A DNA stretch of 60,128 nt, the filler included, from Asterionella formosa (Eukaryota), in the NCBI GenBank assembly GCA_002256025.1. It is 6 parts of 6 records of this genome, joined end to end, with 100 filler letters (N's around TTAATTAATTAA, not from the genome) between each part and the next. Parts side by side here need not be neighbours in the genome. Positions count along the whole stretch, not along the records: positions 40,185 to 50,112 come from NKIB01010056.1; positions 50,213 to 60,128 come from NKIB01010074.1; 4 more parts are not named here. One strand, given 5' to 3'. Numbering within the stretch: position 1 is the stretch's first letter; each line of letters starts with the position of its first letter. A program made the translations under genes and the position numbers. The notes under the pieces were generated by a model, which saw only the letters and a list, made by a program, of their open reading frames with translations, was not told the origin of the DNA and did no database searches. This document shows positions 46,798 through 58,175 of this stretch, in pieces.

Positions 46798-49101
46798 TCA
46801 TATCATCATGGTGTCAATCATGCTGGGATCGGCCATGGGGTCGGCTGCCATTCGACGCCTTTCGGGATCATTCGTTAATCGTTGATTGGTTCCTTCGAAA
46901 CCAGCTGCTCCCTCGCTTACAGGTTGTTTCACTATCGATGATATCACGTCTCGTTTCGAAGCCGACAATTTAGTTTTCGTTGACTGGTCCTGAACAGGAA
47001 TCGATGTGTCATTTCGTCGTTGCACTCGGTCTGGTGTCGGGGCGTCACTGATGGAAGTCTCAGAGACTGAGGACTCTTTGACCGATCGATCCACTCTTGC
47101 CTTGGCCTTTTGTAAATAGGATTTGGATGCGGCATTGTCGGGATCATATTGCAAGGCACGAGTGTATGCTTCGACAGCGCCTTCGTAGTCGCCCATAAAA
47201 AATCGTGACAAACCCAGCCTCGCATGTGCCTTTCCATAGGTCGGGTTTAGTGCTAACGACTGTTCTGAATCGTGTTCCGCCTCCTCGTATCGCTCCAAGT
47301 AACACAATGCGGCGGCTCGATTTGAGAAATAAACGTGTGACAGCTCTCCGTTGGGGCAAAGCTCCAATGCACAAGAATAAGCCTCCAGGGCTGACTTATA
47401 GTCTCGATTTGCCATGAAATTATTTCCCTTAGTCTTGAAGCGTTCAGCCTCCTTCTCATCGACGAGCCTTCTTCGTTCTGCCTGCAAGTCCATGACTGTC
47501 CCGTGGGTCCTCCCTGCTTCCGACTTGTCCCATTCGCTGACTATGGAAAAGCTAGTTGCTTCATCATCTCCTTCTTGTTTAGCCAATCGTTTCGTGGCTT
47601 TTGCAAGATACGACTGACTGGACTTGTTGTCGGGCTCATATTTCAATGACACGGTATACGCTTCCAATGCTTGCCTATAATTGCCCAACAAAAAGTGTGC
47701 CAGTCCTAATCTCGCATGCGCCTTCCCATAGTCTGGTTTTAATGCCAACGAGCGTTCCGAATCCAAAATAGCTTCATCGAACCTCTTCATGCTCAACAAT
47801 GCTGCCGCTCGATTAGAAAAGTATACATGTGACTGTGGTCCAGCCGGGGAAAGCTTCAATGCAGCCGTATATGCGTCGGCCGCCACTTGATATTCTTTCT
47901 TTTGCATCGAGTTATTGCCTTGTGCCTTCAGGCGTTCTGCTTCTTCCAAATCGATCGGATTCTGCTTCGATAATCGCACTGACGGTGATTGAGGTGCTAA
48001 TTTCTTGGAAAGTGATGAAACAATGCTCTTTTCTGGGGACGCAAGGAGAGCCCGCTCCGGAGTTATTACTTCTCTGGAATACGAAGCAACGTTTGAGCCT
48101 CCTTCAGGGTCCGTTCCATCTGCTGACACCTCAGCCATCGGTGACAGTGGCTGAGAGGAAGTCCTCTTCTTGGTGCGGGCCAATTGAGTGCGGCGGACTC
48201 TACGTCGTTGCTGTCTATCCACAGCCGACAAAGCAAGCAAATTACCTGACAATGACGCTCCCAAAACCGTCGAGTTATTCACTTGGCCATCTTGCATTGC
48301 TTTGGTGACTAATTTGGTCCGAAACTTGGCCACGACCTTGCGATACCGATCATTGTAAATTTCGGTCGCCTTGCGTTGACGCTCCCTCTCTTCCTCAGGA
48401 TCATCTTTGGGTTGCTCAGTATCAGGGTCCCGGAAAAAACCCTTAGCTTGTACGGCCCCGATAAATTGTTCAAAGAGTGGAGATTGAATCATTTCTCTTT
48501 CCGCGTCCAATCTAGATCTGGCTTCCAAGCCAGCAAGACCAGCAGCGGCAATTTCTCCCAACGTCAACGGTCCCTTGGAAGACAATCCAGTTGCTAGCCC
48601 CTTGAGCCCATAAAAGCGATGCGTATTGCTGCCATGGGCGTCGTCGTACTTATACCAGTCGTCGTCGTCTTCCGAGCCAAACTCGGCTGGTTCGGCGTCT
48701 GCTGCATTTGGATTCCTGGAATACAAAATTTCTCTATTGATCGTAGCCAAGTCAGGCAACTTGGTGGTGATGCCGAGATTCGTCGGGAAACTGCCCGGCG
48801 CGAGGATATTCGCCTTGCTTCGATCCATCCAAGGGTCATTGCCTTCTGCTCTCGAGAATACGAGTTGCTGCGGTCTGAGGAATGCCCTGGAAAGCGAGTA
48901 GATGGCCATGGAAAGGTGATCTGCATCGATGCCTTCTGCCAAGGCCAAATCTTCCTTGTTGTACGATCGTCGAAGGTCTCGCAGGAAATCCAGGCAAAGC
49001 AAGACCAACTGGCCTTCAGATGGAAGACCTTCGGCAGCTACATTATTGCGCTCCTCGGTAGCTTCCGTCAAGTCATCCTGATAGGCAAAGCTGCTTGACA
49101 T
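46798..49101 (-). CDS. SGTA-like co-chaperone with two 3-TPR clusters
   Basis: AERLKAQGN..YT.AL...YFSNRAAA...YGKAHARLGL present twice; C-terminal DP-rich (STI1-like) tail. Confidence 0.88.
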   Translation of the reverse strand: MSSSFAYQDDLTEATEERNNVAAEGLPSEGQLVLLCLDFLRDLRRSYNKEDLALAEGIDADHLSMAIYSLSRAFLRPQQLVFSRAEGNDPWMDRSKANILAPGSFPTNLGITTKLPDLATINREILYSRNPNAADAEPAEFGSEDDDDWYKYDDAHGSNTHRFYGLKGLATGLSSKGPLTLGEIAAAGLAGLEARSRLDAEREMIQSPLFEQFIGAVQAKGFFRDPDTEQPKDDPEEERERQRKATEIYNDRYRKVVAKFRTKLVTKAMQDGQVNNSTVLGASLSGNLLALSAVDRQQRRRVRRTQLARTKKRTSSQPLSPMAEVSADGTDPEGGSNVASYSREVITPERALLASPEKSIVSSLSKKLAPQSPSVRLSKQNPIDLEEAERLKAQGNNSMQKKEYQVAADAYTAALKLSPAGPQSHVYFSNRAAALLSMKRFDEAILDSERSLALKPDYGKAHARLGLAHFLLGNYRQALEAYTVSLKYEPDNKSSQSYLAKATKRLAKQEGDDEATSFSIVSEWDKSEAGRTHGTVMDLQAERRRLVDEKEAERFKTKGNNFMANRDYKSALEAYSCALELCPNGELSHVYFSNRAAALCYLERYEEAEHDSEQSLALNPTYGKAHARLGLSRFFMGDYEGAVEAYTRALQYDPDNAASKSYLQKAKARVDRSVKESSVSETSISDAPTPDRVQRRNDTSIPVQDQSTKTKLSASKRDVISSIVKQPVSEGAAGFEGTNQRLTNDPERRRMAADPMADPSMIDTMMI

Positions 49102-50212
49102 GGTGGTGTTGTGATGCCACTGCCTGTTTACTTCAGTATATTGTCAATCTTGAGTGTGACAAAATTTAATAACTTCCCATCGACAAAAACTGATTTTCAA
49201 AACAGAGGGCGGAGCAAAAGCAAGCATGCGAGCAAGGGAGTAACAACAAGGAGCGTACGTGAAAGTACCATGCTCTAGTATTACCGGCTATGTACTGGTA
49301 ACTGGGAAAGTAGTAACCGCCGATGATGCACTCAACGGGCACCCTACATACATATGATCATTTCCCCTCGTGCCCTGATAGTTCGGCTTTCCAAGTTGGA
49401 CTTTCCACTAAAATCATCTTTATGAATGAATATCATCAATATCATACGTAAAACCATGTATTACAAGCTACGGGCAAGATTTCGTCGATGACGTGCTGAA
49501 GGCAATTCATGCGTAGAACCTCCACGCACGATAGTGCAGCAATACTCTGCCTTCATGATGATCTGCCACACAATGAGCGTCGGACTTGCCAACGACTTCC
49601 GGTCAAAGTGTCCGAATTAACCAGTACAAAGGTATGTGGGGGAAAAGTAATTCGAACCAGGCACCGTTAACGGTACCAGTACAGTGCATGCACAACAACC
49701 ACTCAATACGGCACTGCCTCGTGGAGTACCAGGAAAACTCATAACTCGGCATCGTGGTACGTGCGTGCCACCTACCTCGGTTTGCTATCATGCCGGTAGT
49801 AGTAGACAACCTGGTACTGGTACCAGGTACCAGGTGGGTACATGCTGAAGCAGTATCAAACTATAGAAGTACGACAGATAGCAGTACCAGGTGAAAAATC
49901 TAACTAGAAGTAGTAGTATTTGTTGAATATATGAGCTAATTAATCTTATGTACAACTTGTTTTCCCAAGTTGACATCAAAATATACAACAGGTGTTAGTC
50001 AAGTTCTGATATATTTGATATAACCCTAACCCGATATACATCTGTATCAATGTGCAGGATCGCTCGCTCTCCCACACTTAGGGGAAAACCTTTTACCTAT
50101 GAAAAGGTTTGANNNNNNNNNNNNNNNNNNNNNNNNNNNNNNNNNNNNNNNNNNNNTTAATTAATTAANNNNNNNNNNNNNNNNNNNNNNNNNNNNNNNN
50201 NNNNNNNNNNNN

Positions 50213-50278
50213 CCTAACCCTAACCCTAACCCTAACCCTAACCCTAACCCTAACCCTAACCCTAACCCTAACCCTAAC
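50213..50278 (+). repeat. Telomeric repeat (CCCTAA)n at scaffold start
   Basis: About 11 perfect CCCTAA units in chromosome-end orientation; degenerate units at 50321 and 50428-50446. Confidence 0.92.
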
Positions 50279-50492
50279 AGATGCTCTATGGGGATGGCGC
50301 CTAGAGGCGTCGTCCCTTTTCCCTAACCCTATCAGACGAGGGATGTACAAAAATAATCCCAATTTCTACACATTTACTTCTCATGAATATCATCGACATT
50401 TTCCTTTACTTACGCAGCAGGAGTCATCCCCTGACCCTAACCCTAATTGTATAGGATCAACCTGGTTGTCGTAGACACATTACAAACATTTA

Positions 50493-53360
50493 TTAGTGAT
50501 TTGGAGAGCCCCGAAGTCTCCTTCCTTCACTAATAATTGAAATTCCATCACATTTGCTGGGATTGCACTTCAAAACATAGCGAAAGTGACACAATTTAGA
50601 AACATTTCCGATGCTGTTGCAAGCCTCAGGAATCACTATTGGTGATCCATCAGCCTGTCCAAAAGAAACTCCATAAGCATACAGATCTACAATCGTAGCG
50701 CCATCAACACACATAGCAATATATTCATTGGGAATGCCACACTTAAGGGTCTGGTGACAAATGAGCTTGTTGTCTGCAGCAATGAAGTCTGTTGCTAGCC
50801 ACTCACTTTTACAATCTTGGGTCACAGAAAAGGTTATAGTACCTCCATTTTGAGACATGATCTTGATTGGATTCACTGTCATCTTCTTAATGCAATTGTC
50901 AACAGGAATATCGTGTATGTCCGTGGACTTTGACTGCGACTCACAGTTTAATTCTGCATTTGTTGAAGCACCGAGACCATGTGTCACAGTCCCCAGTAGG
51001 TGGCGGGAACTAGTAGGATAACCATTATCTTTGGCAATCGGCCCTGGTGATGAACCTGTTGGAACCGGAGTAGGTGCCAATGTTGGTCCAGCAGTTGGTA
51101 CTTTTGTCGCAATGGGCAAGCTGCTAGGTGATGTGCTTGGATTCACACTCATGCTTGGAAAATAACTTGGCACACCAGGTGTAGGTGTTGGCAAAGGTGT
51201 TGGTCTTGGATTTTCTATCTCAGGCTGTGGTGGAGCAGTGGATATAGAAGGCAATGGTCCTGGTGTTGGACCTGGCGTTGGGACAGGCCATGGCGTTGGG
51301 ACAGGCCATGGCGTTGGTGGCGGTGTTGGTCGCGGTGTTGGTGGAGGTGTTAGATCCAAAGGAATAGGCATTAACGAAGGAGGATTAGTATCACACTTGT
51401 CAGGTTGAGTTTTGCTCTTGCTCCCTTTACTGCCCTTACTTGATCCTTTGCTACCTGATCCTTTGCCACCTGATCCTTTGCCACCTGATCCTTTGCCACC
51501 TGATCCTTTGCTACCTGATCCTTTGCTCTTGGCTTCGGAAGTTTCAAATGAAGAAGCAGTGGTTCCTTTACTGCCGCCTTTTCCGTTATCAGCATCAGCG
51601 GGTGAGGGGCTAGCACCAGTGGTAAAATTGTTTGGTGTATCGAGAGTAGCGGGTGAGGGGCTAGGACCAGTGGTAACACTGTTTGGTATACCGGGAGTGC
51701 TTGCTGGCTGACAATCTGCTAGGTCGTTACTTGATCCTTTGCTGCCTGATCCTTTGCTGCCTGATCCTTTGCTGCCTGACCCTTTGCTGCCTGACCCTTT
51801 GCCACCAGATCCTTTGCTACTGGCTCCGGGAGTCACAACTGGAGAAGCAGCGGTTCCCTTGCTGCTGCCTGATCCTTTGCTGCCTGATCCTTTGCTTCCT
51901 GATCCTTTGCTTCCTGATCCTTTGCTGCCTGATCCTTTGCTACTAGCTCCGGGAGTCGCAACTGGAGAAGCAGCGGTTCCCTTACTGCTGCCCTTTCCGT
52001 TATCAGCATCAGCGGGTGAGAGCTGAGGACCAGTGGTAACAATGTTTGGCATATCAGGAGTGCTGGCTGGCTGAAAATCTGCCGGGGGGCACATTGAATC
52101 AGGCAAAATCACAACTGAAGCACTCTCCAAAGTATCGCTTGAAGTAGAATTCTGGGTAATCTCATAACCAGTGTCGGAGCCTGTCTTGGAGCCTGTCTTG
52201 GAGCCTGTCTTGGAGCCTTTCTTGGAGCCTTTCTTGGAGCCTTTCTTGGTTTTGCCCTTCTTTTTTCTTGCACGTTGGAGCTGCTCGCCGTAAAAATGAG
52301 GCGTGTACTCAAATCCTTCTCTGCTACCACTTTTGCCCAATATGCCAGACTTGCTAGAGAAGCTCGACGTGTTATTTGTGTTCGTGTTCGTGTCGAATGA
52401 GGTGCATTGGTAGTTCCACAATGGGGCAGTATAGGATTCGCCAGGACAAACAAAAATCACGTTCTTGCAAGCAGGATGGTCGGAGGGAAGAATAGTGCCA
52501 TCAAAGCTATCCGAACTTGTCGAGCCTTTGCTCCCTTTACTTGGGGATTTGCTCAATGTGCGAGTCCCGGACTTTCCTGACGAAGATTGGTCTTTTCCAG
52601 ACTTTGACTTACCGCTATCGCTTTCAGGAGTCGTGTCAGACAGGATTTCGCCTGGATATTGGCATCTGCAAACATATGCATCTGTTGCATAGCCGCTGAC
52701 GTCACTGTCATTGACTCCCATACTTCCCTTTGATTTACTTCCGGTCAAGACACGATGATATCCAAAGCCAGCAATATCATTTTTGGTCCTTATTCCTTTC
52801 ACCATTTCGTCATCGACCACGGTAAGGTGGTCAGACGATTTCGTGAAGCGAGTGGCGGCACTCTCGCCGTTGTTGACAGTGTTGGTGTTCTTTGCAACAG
52901 AAGCAATTGGGCCTCCTCTTGGATCAAACAATGATCTATACTTCGAATAGAGCGAGGCAGAGGTGGAAGAGATGAAGTCGGGGAGCAAAGAATGGTCGGT
53001 ACCAGAGGGGGTCAAGGAATTCCCCACATCCTTATCTGCACTCTTGCCTTTGGCTTGTTCGTTGAATAGCCCCTTAATGGTCATGTCATTGGATCCAAAG
53101 CTCTTTTCCCGCATTTCGGCTCCGTCAGCAAGCGATTCAAAGCTCTTGGGCTGTGTCTTGGATCCGTCAGCAGGTAATACGGTCAATGTGGTTCCAACTG
53201 CAAGCTTACCAGAAGAAGCAATGTACTCATCGCCAATCATTTGGCCTCCAAGCTGTGCAGCTGGCTCTGCATTACTGGACAAACAAATATATAAGAGCAA
53301 AAGACTACAAGCCAAAAACTCAACTTTGTTTTTTCTCCTCACAACAACCATGCCACTCAT
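50493..53360 (-). CDS. Secreted Ser/Lys/Gly-rich, Pro/Thr-repeat protein (cell-wall or EPS candidate)
   Basis: Signal peptide, RxL motifs (HRVL, RHLL, RRL), (GSKGS)n arrays, KKGSKKGSKTGSKT cluster, PTP repeats, Cys-rich C-terminal domain. Confidence 0.85.
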   Translation of the reverse strand: MSGMVVVRRKNKVEFLACSLLLLYICLSSNAEPAAQLGGQMIGDEYIASSGKLAVGTTLTVLPADGSKTQPKSFESLADGAEMREKSFGSNDMTIKGLFNEQAKGKSADKDVGNSLTPSGTDHSLLPDFISSTSASLYSKYRSLFDPRGGPIASVAKNTNTVNNGESAATRFTKSSDHLTVVDDEMVKGIRTKNDIAGFGYHRVLTGSKSKGSMGVNDSDVSGYATDAYVCRCQYPGEILSDTTPESDSGKSKSGKDQSSSGKSGTRTLSKSPSKGSKGSTSSDSFDGTILPSDHPACKNVIFVCPGESYTAPLWNYQCTSFDTNTNTNNTSSFSSKSGILGKSGSREGFEYTPHFYGEQLQRARKKKGKTKKGSKKGSKKGSKTGSKTGSKTGSDTGYEITQNSTSSDTLESASVVILPDSMCPPADFQPASTPDMPNIVTTGPQLSPADADNGKGSSKGTAASPVATPGASSKGSGSKGSGSKGSGSKGSGSKGSGSSKGTAASPVVTPGASSKGSGGKGSGSKGSGSKGSGSKGSGSKGSSNDLADCQPASTPGIPNSVTTGPSPSPATLDTPNNFTTGASPSPADADNGKGGSKGTTASSFETSEAKSKGSGSKGSGGKGSGGKGSGGKGSGSKGSSKGSKGSKSKTQPDKCDTNPPSLMPIPLDLTPPPTPRPTPPPTPWPVPTPWPVPTPGPTPGPLPSISTAPPQPEIENPRPTPLPTPTPGVPSYFPSMSVNPSTSPSSLPIATKVPTAGPTLAPTPVPTGSSPGPIAKDNGYPTSSRHLLGTVTHGLGASTNAELNCESQSKSTDIHDIPVDNCIKKMTVNPIKIMSQNGGTITFSVTQDCKSEWLATDFIAADNKLICHQTLKCGIPNEYIAMCVDGATIVDLYAYGVSFGQADGSPIVIPEACNSIGNVSKLCHFRYVLKCNPSKCDGISIISEGRRLRGSPNH

Positions 53361-53972
53361 ATTTTAATACGCTATGTTTGTGAACGGAGAAATTTTAAAA
53401 TGGTATCTGATCTTTTCGCGTGAATGTGTTAATCAAAATTTTGATTGCTCTCGATAGTATTGATCAATGCACAACAACAGTGTTACTCGTTCTGCATCAA
53501 ACTTTGCTAATTTTGTGATGCTTCGAATGGACTTGACAGTAAAATGTGTTAGGTGCCCTATTTTTCAACGGTTGTGAAACAGATCCTCCGTTGCACACAA
53601 TTTTTTATCCAGAAATATTTCCTCTTGTTGTTCGGCATATATATCTATGCGTTGGATTTCAAACTCCATTGTCTGAAACGTGAATGACAAACAAGGAGCA
53701 AATTGGATTTAGGGGATCCCATGCCAGGGCAATACTTTAAGTGCGTTGAGAATAGAAAAACTTGCCCATTGACAAAAAACAATTATTTTCTTATATATAC
53801 ATCATTCAACGCTAAGGGCCGTTCTCGACATCCCCAAATTTCAAGGCCTAGGCACTGGCTCTGGTACGCGAACGTCCATACCCGAAATATAATCAAGTCT
53901 TACCTAAAGGATGAATATTGAACAATCTTTAATGAACATGCGGTACCAGGTACCAGGTACTGATTACTGGTA

Positions 53973-55488
53973 CCACCTAAAAACTGAGAATTATCCTTTT
54001 TTAACCCTTTGTTACGACTCAATTTATTTTAGTCCGATTACATGATGATGTTGAAGCAAGTACGAAGGCTGTTGTAGCTCATCCTATCAGGTCCTACAAG
54101 ATCTAAATGTTACCAGGATGAACTCAACATTTCTTGAGACATAAAAGTTACTAATGCCATCGTTTTGCCGTATTAGGACTCTCAGTATATTGGTTTTTAA
54201 TACATACCAAAGGAAATTTTAATATTCTATTTTTTCCTGACCCGCCAATTGTTGCCACAAAATCTTTTTTTTGCCACAATATTATTAGTCCGTTACAAAT
54301 TACTACCCTTTATTTATTGTCCCTTTCGATGTTTTCTTCCTGTAAATACCGGTAGTCGGTTTCGACGATACTCCAGATTTATTACCGGTAGTTGGTTTCG
54401 AATCAAATGCAACGTCAGTTATATATTTTAGTGACTGTTTAAGTAATATTTAATTATGTCTGTTGCGTAACAGACAACCACTTGTTGTTTGACAATCCTC
54501 ATACAGAAAATATGTAGGCCATGCAATAACTGCTGGCGATGAAGCTGTGAACTGGTGGTACCTACTAGGTACCACCCAAAAACTGCGAAGTTTCTTAAAT
54601 GATAAAATTCGAACCAAGTACGAACTTTACTGTAGTCGATGGAACGGGGATAGTTATCATTTAATCAGTTCGAAAGTAGAACATAGAGTTATGGAGATCT
54701 AAGCAATTTAGTCTTACCCATTTTGACTGGTAACGTTGACTGTCAGTATATATTTTTTAATCTATATATGAAGATATTTTACCCCCAAACCGGTTTTTTT
54801 AAACTCGATTGTACCACAAAAACTAATTTCTATTACTTTTGTTGATCCTATAATTAGCGTTACCAGCTACCGGTGCCAGGTACCAGGGTTTTAAGTGCCG
54901 ATGATAACAGTACTGGCAGCATGTTTGTCAAGTATTTGTTCAGACCACGAATATCATTCTTCAAGTTCTCATCTGTCCGGTAGTCCTCTCCTTGTTTCAA
55001 TTCATTTCACGGGTGATTTTTGTGATTTCATGACAAATCCTCGTATGTAGTGTTTCAGGTCTTCACGCCGAGAGGTTGCAGCTGATGTTCTCCATTTAAG
55101 GAGAGGAGAATGCAAAATGACATCATTTATATTTTACCATAACAAAAAAATCTATTCGGACACTGAATGAATCTACCGACAGAAATACTTTCTAATACCT
55201 GAATACATATATAAAAGGTGATGCCAGCTGAATGGAGTAAAAAATTATTTGGCTGTTTAATTTCATTTCTCGTCGACAGCAACCTTTGGGACCAAATACA
55301 GAAGTAACACTAGCTAATTGACGAGTTCAGAGCACGATCATTATTGGTTACTACATAAATCGCTACAACATTGCTTGAATAATTATGTTCGTATCTAGCA
55401 TATTTAGCCCAAATCGTGAATTTTACTCGATTTAACGTTGACTCTCAGTTAAAAATCTTTCAAACGTTGACTCTCAGTTTTTAGGTGG
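53973..55488. mobile_element. Non-autonomous TA-targeting (Tc1/mariner-like) TIR element(s)
   Basis: TA|CCACCTAAAAACTGAGA ... TCTCAGTTTTTAGGTGG|TA perfect 17-bp TIR; second left-TIR variant CCACCCAAAAACTGCGA at 54572; subterminal AACGTTGACTCTCAGTT twice near the right end. Confidence 0.8.
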
Positions 55489-56314
55489 TACCGGTTAAGT
55501 ATCATGATGATATTGCCGATTGGCAAAGCCATGACAATGACGAAAAAGTACGGCGCACATGCAAAGAGGCGCCTGATGAAACCATTTGGTTTTACGAGAC
55601 AGAGAAAATTAAGGATACAACAGAACACACATCAGTTACAGATACAACAGAAAACACATAACCCGCAATGAATCTGAGCGAACATTGTTTATTGTCTGCA
55701 GAATCATTGCAGCAGTTTATAGCTGTAGTAAATGCAGTGAAAAGTTGAGATTGCAAGCGAAAGACAAAAGGAAATTATATAGTAGTAGCAAATCAAAAAA
55801 GCCAAAGAATAAAATTTTAATTTAATATTATCAAACATGCTTTAACTTGCTTCGCTTGTGCATTTCAACCTGCATCAACAATTCAATGACTTCCTGCAAG
55901 CAGGCCTACCAAGCGACATAAGCATTCTCCAAAAGAATGATTAATTTATGCAGCCATCAAGTCTTGCAGCAAATGAAATGATGGAACACTTGATGCCATG
56001 GTGTGTAACTGTGTTGATCATGATGCATGTATCAAAATTCTTTCAAACACACTTGAACTCACGAAAACCTTATCCGTGAACACAATAAAGAATTCCATAA
56101 ATTGGTTGAGCCTTTGGTAGGATGCTACTACAATCTAGAACCAGGGTGGTACATGCAAAAAATTCAACCCCCAATGCAACCTTTTGAGACCGTAGTGAAA
56201 GCTAGTGTACTAGCAATCAACTAGCACTGTGTACAAACGTAAACTAGTACAAGCTACCCTGGTACCGGTATTCTAGCGATACAGAATGTAGCATGGATGT
56301 AAATTCTATGATGT

Positions 56315-58015
56315 CTTGGTAACACTTGCGTACATATTTTATCGTATTTTATTATCATTGTATTATTTTAACATGATCATATTTTAATCAAAATTATATC
56401 ATATACATTTCATAAAATCATCATAATTTTATGATCAGTGTATCATAGTTGTTCTGTGATGTACTTTATTCAATATTACGTATCATACTTTGGTGATGTA
56501 TGAATCGATGTAATCTTATCATGATATCACAGTATCATCTTATCAATCATGATGAGATGATTGGGAAGCAACTGTATTCTGCATCGTGCTACAGGGTATA
56601 TTATTATATCACGCAATTTAGCAGCGAAGTCACTCCGCCTGTAATGTACTAAAGTCGACAGTGCACATGCTGGTACTCACACGCTAATCAGGTTTGAGGC
56701 AACGGACAGTGGTTCCAACAAGCGAATGATGATACCACGGGTACCAATTTTTCCAACGAAAGAACTTGTCTCTCTATTGATGAGGATGACACGGACACCG
56801 ACTTTTCCAGGAGCAAACAACAATGAAGAGACCCACTTGTCGCTCTATTGATGGTAACAAAGATACGGACAAGTTCAACAGTGAATACAAGAACAACATA
56901 CTATTGAAAACAAGTCGACAGTGTGTGCACGCACACGCCAAGCAAGTTTGAGGCAATGGACAATTCCAACAAGCAAATGACGATACAGAAATCAAATTCT
57001 TCCTACGAGCAAACAACAATGAAAAGAGCCACTTGCTTTCGCTCTCTTGATGGTATCAAAGATGCAGACAAGTTCAATAGTTAATTCAAGTACAGTATGC
57101 CAAATGCAGAAACGAGCGAGCGATATGAAAATGAATTACATTCTAATAAGAATCATTCTATAACTATAGCTATGTGGACAGTAGTCTGTTACGTACATTT
57201 TCGTATCTCTTTCTATGCTGAATCTCAATAGTAGATGTAGTATCATGTGAGAATTGAAAATGTCAACGAGAACAAGTAGAATGTGTTTGTTTACGGGTTG
57301 ATTGGCGAGATTGTCATGCTGAAGTGGACGAAACGGGTATACTTTGTGCGCTGTCTGCGGAAACATTACGAGTTCGAATGGTTTCTTCTCTCCTGCCAGG
57401 AGAGACGAAACCATTTGTGAGCTTTCTGCCTTGAAACCCTTTCATGGTTGTTCATTGGCTGATCAACTCTTCCATGACTTTCTCTTGCATGGCTTACTGT
57501 CATTCTCTAGCCATCAAACCTCATCTTCATTTTTGGCTAGACAGAGCGAATTGGCTCCCGCAGTTGCTAACTCGTCCTCCTCCTCAAATTTCGCTTGATC
57601 CTAGCTGTAAACTCTTAATTGAATGATTATGAACAAAGGTTCACTGCACATGACGATTACTCGAAGATATAAAGATCACTTGGCCAACAAATTGAAGACG
57701 TTATCGCAAACATTCATTTCGCTTGTCATCGCTAGTATTTCGTTGTTGTTGCAAAAATCGGAGTGATGACGGATGGAAATCACGAGCAAAATTACATTAC
57801 TTGAACTGGTACATTATCCTACCAAGAAATTCGAATACAGGAATCAAATAGAAACAATACATATTATAATAATCAAATATATGTAGTCAAAAGGGTTACT
57901 ATTTAAATTATAAAGGCATTTATCAAAATTATTAGATGATATAACGAAAAATTATGATCAGATGATCACAATCCTATGATGCATCATGGAAATATGATAG
58001 CTTTTATTTGCAGAC
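56315..58015 (+). repeat. Longer copy (1.7 kb) of the unclassified dispersed repeat
   Basis: Colinear with 20245-21751 plus about 210 extra nt (about 57396-57606) absent from the other copy. Confidence 0.9.
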
Positions 58016-58175
58016 ACACTTTTGGAAGAACTTCGACAGGAAATTGTTGCCATCGCCACAATTGATGATGTGGAGGACAAAACTTTGGCTTGTTGCTACA
58101 TGATTGTAGAATATTGAAAAATCTAGTATATATTTTAGTGTTAATGATAGTCGATGTATTGTTATTTCCAGGAAC

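Noticed and set aside
9958..50212. Regularly spaced TTAATTAATTAA palindromes about every 10 kb
   Set aside because: Embedded in fixed N padding; assembly concatenation linkers. Gene neighbourhoods across them are meaningless.
50165..50362. VRVRVR ORF
   Set aside because: Translation of the telomeric repeat running into Ns.
51430..52250. CRISPR-like or satellite array (GATCCTTTGCTGCCT)n and the PDPLL/CCLIL ORFs
   Set aside because: No unique spacers; these are codon repeats of the GSKGS protein on the minus strand and its shadow frames.
56315..58015. Repeat as the 3' terminal part of the adjacent Crypton
   Set aside because: Other copies end at the same base with flanks unrelated to Crypton, so adjacency looks like independent insertion.
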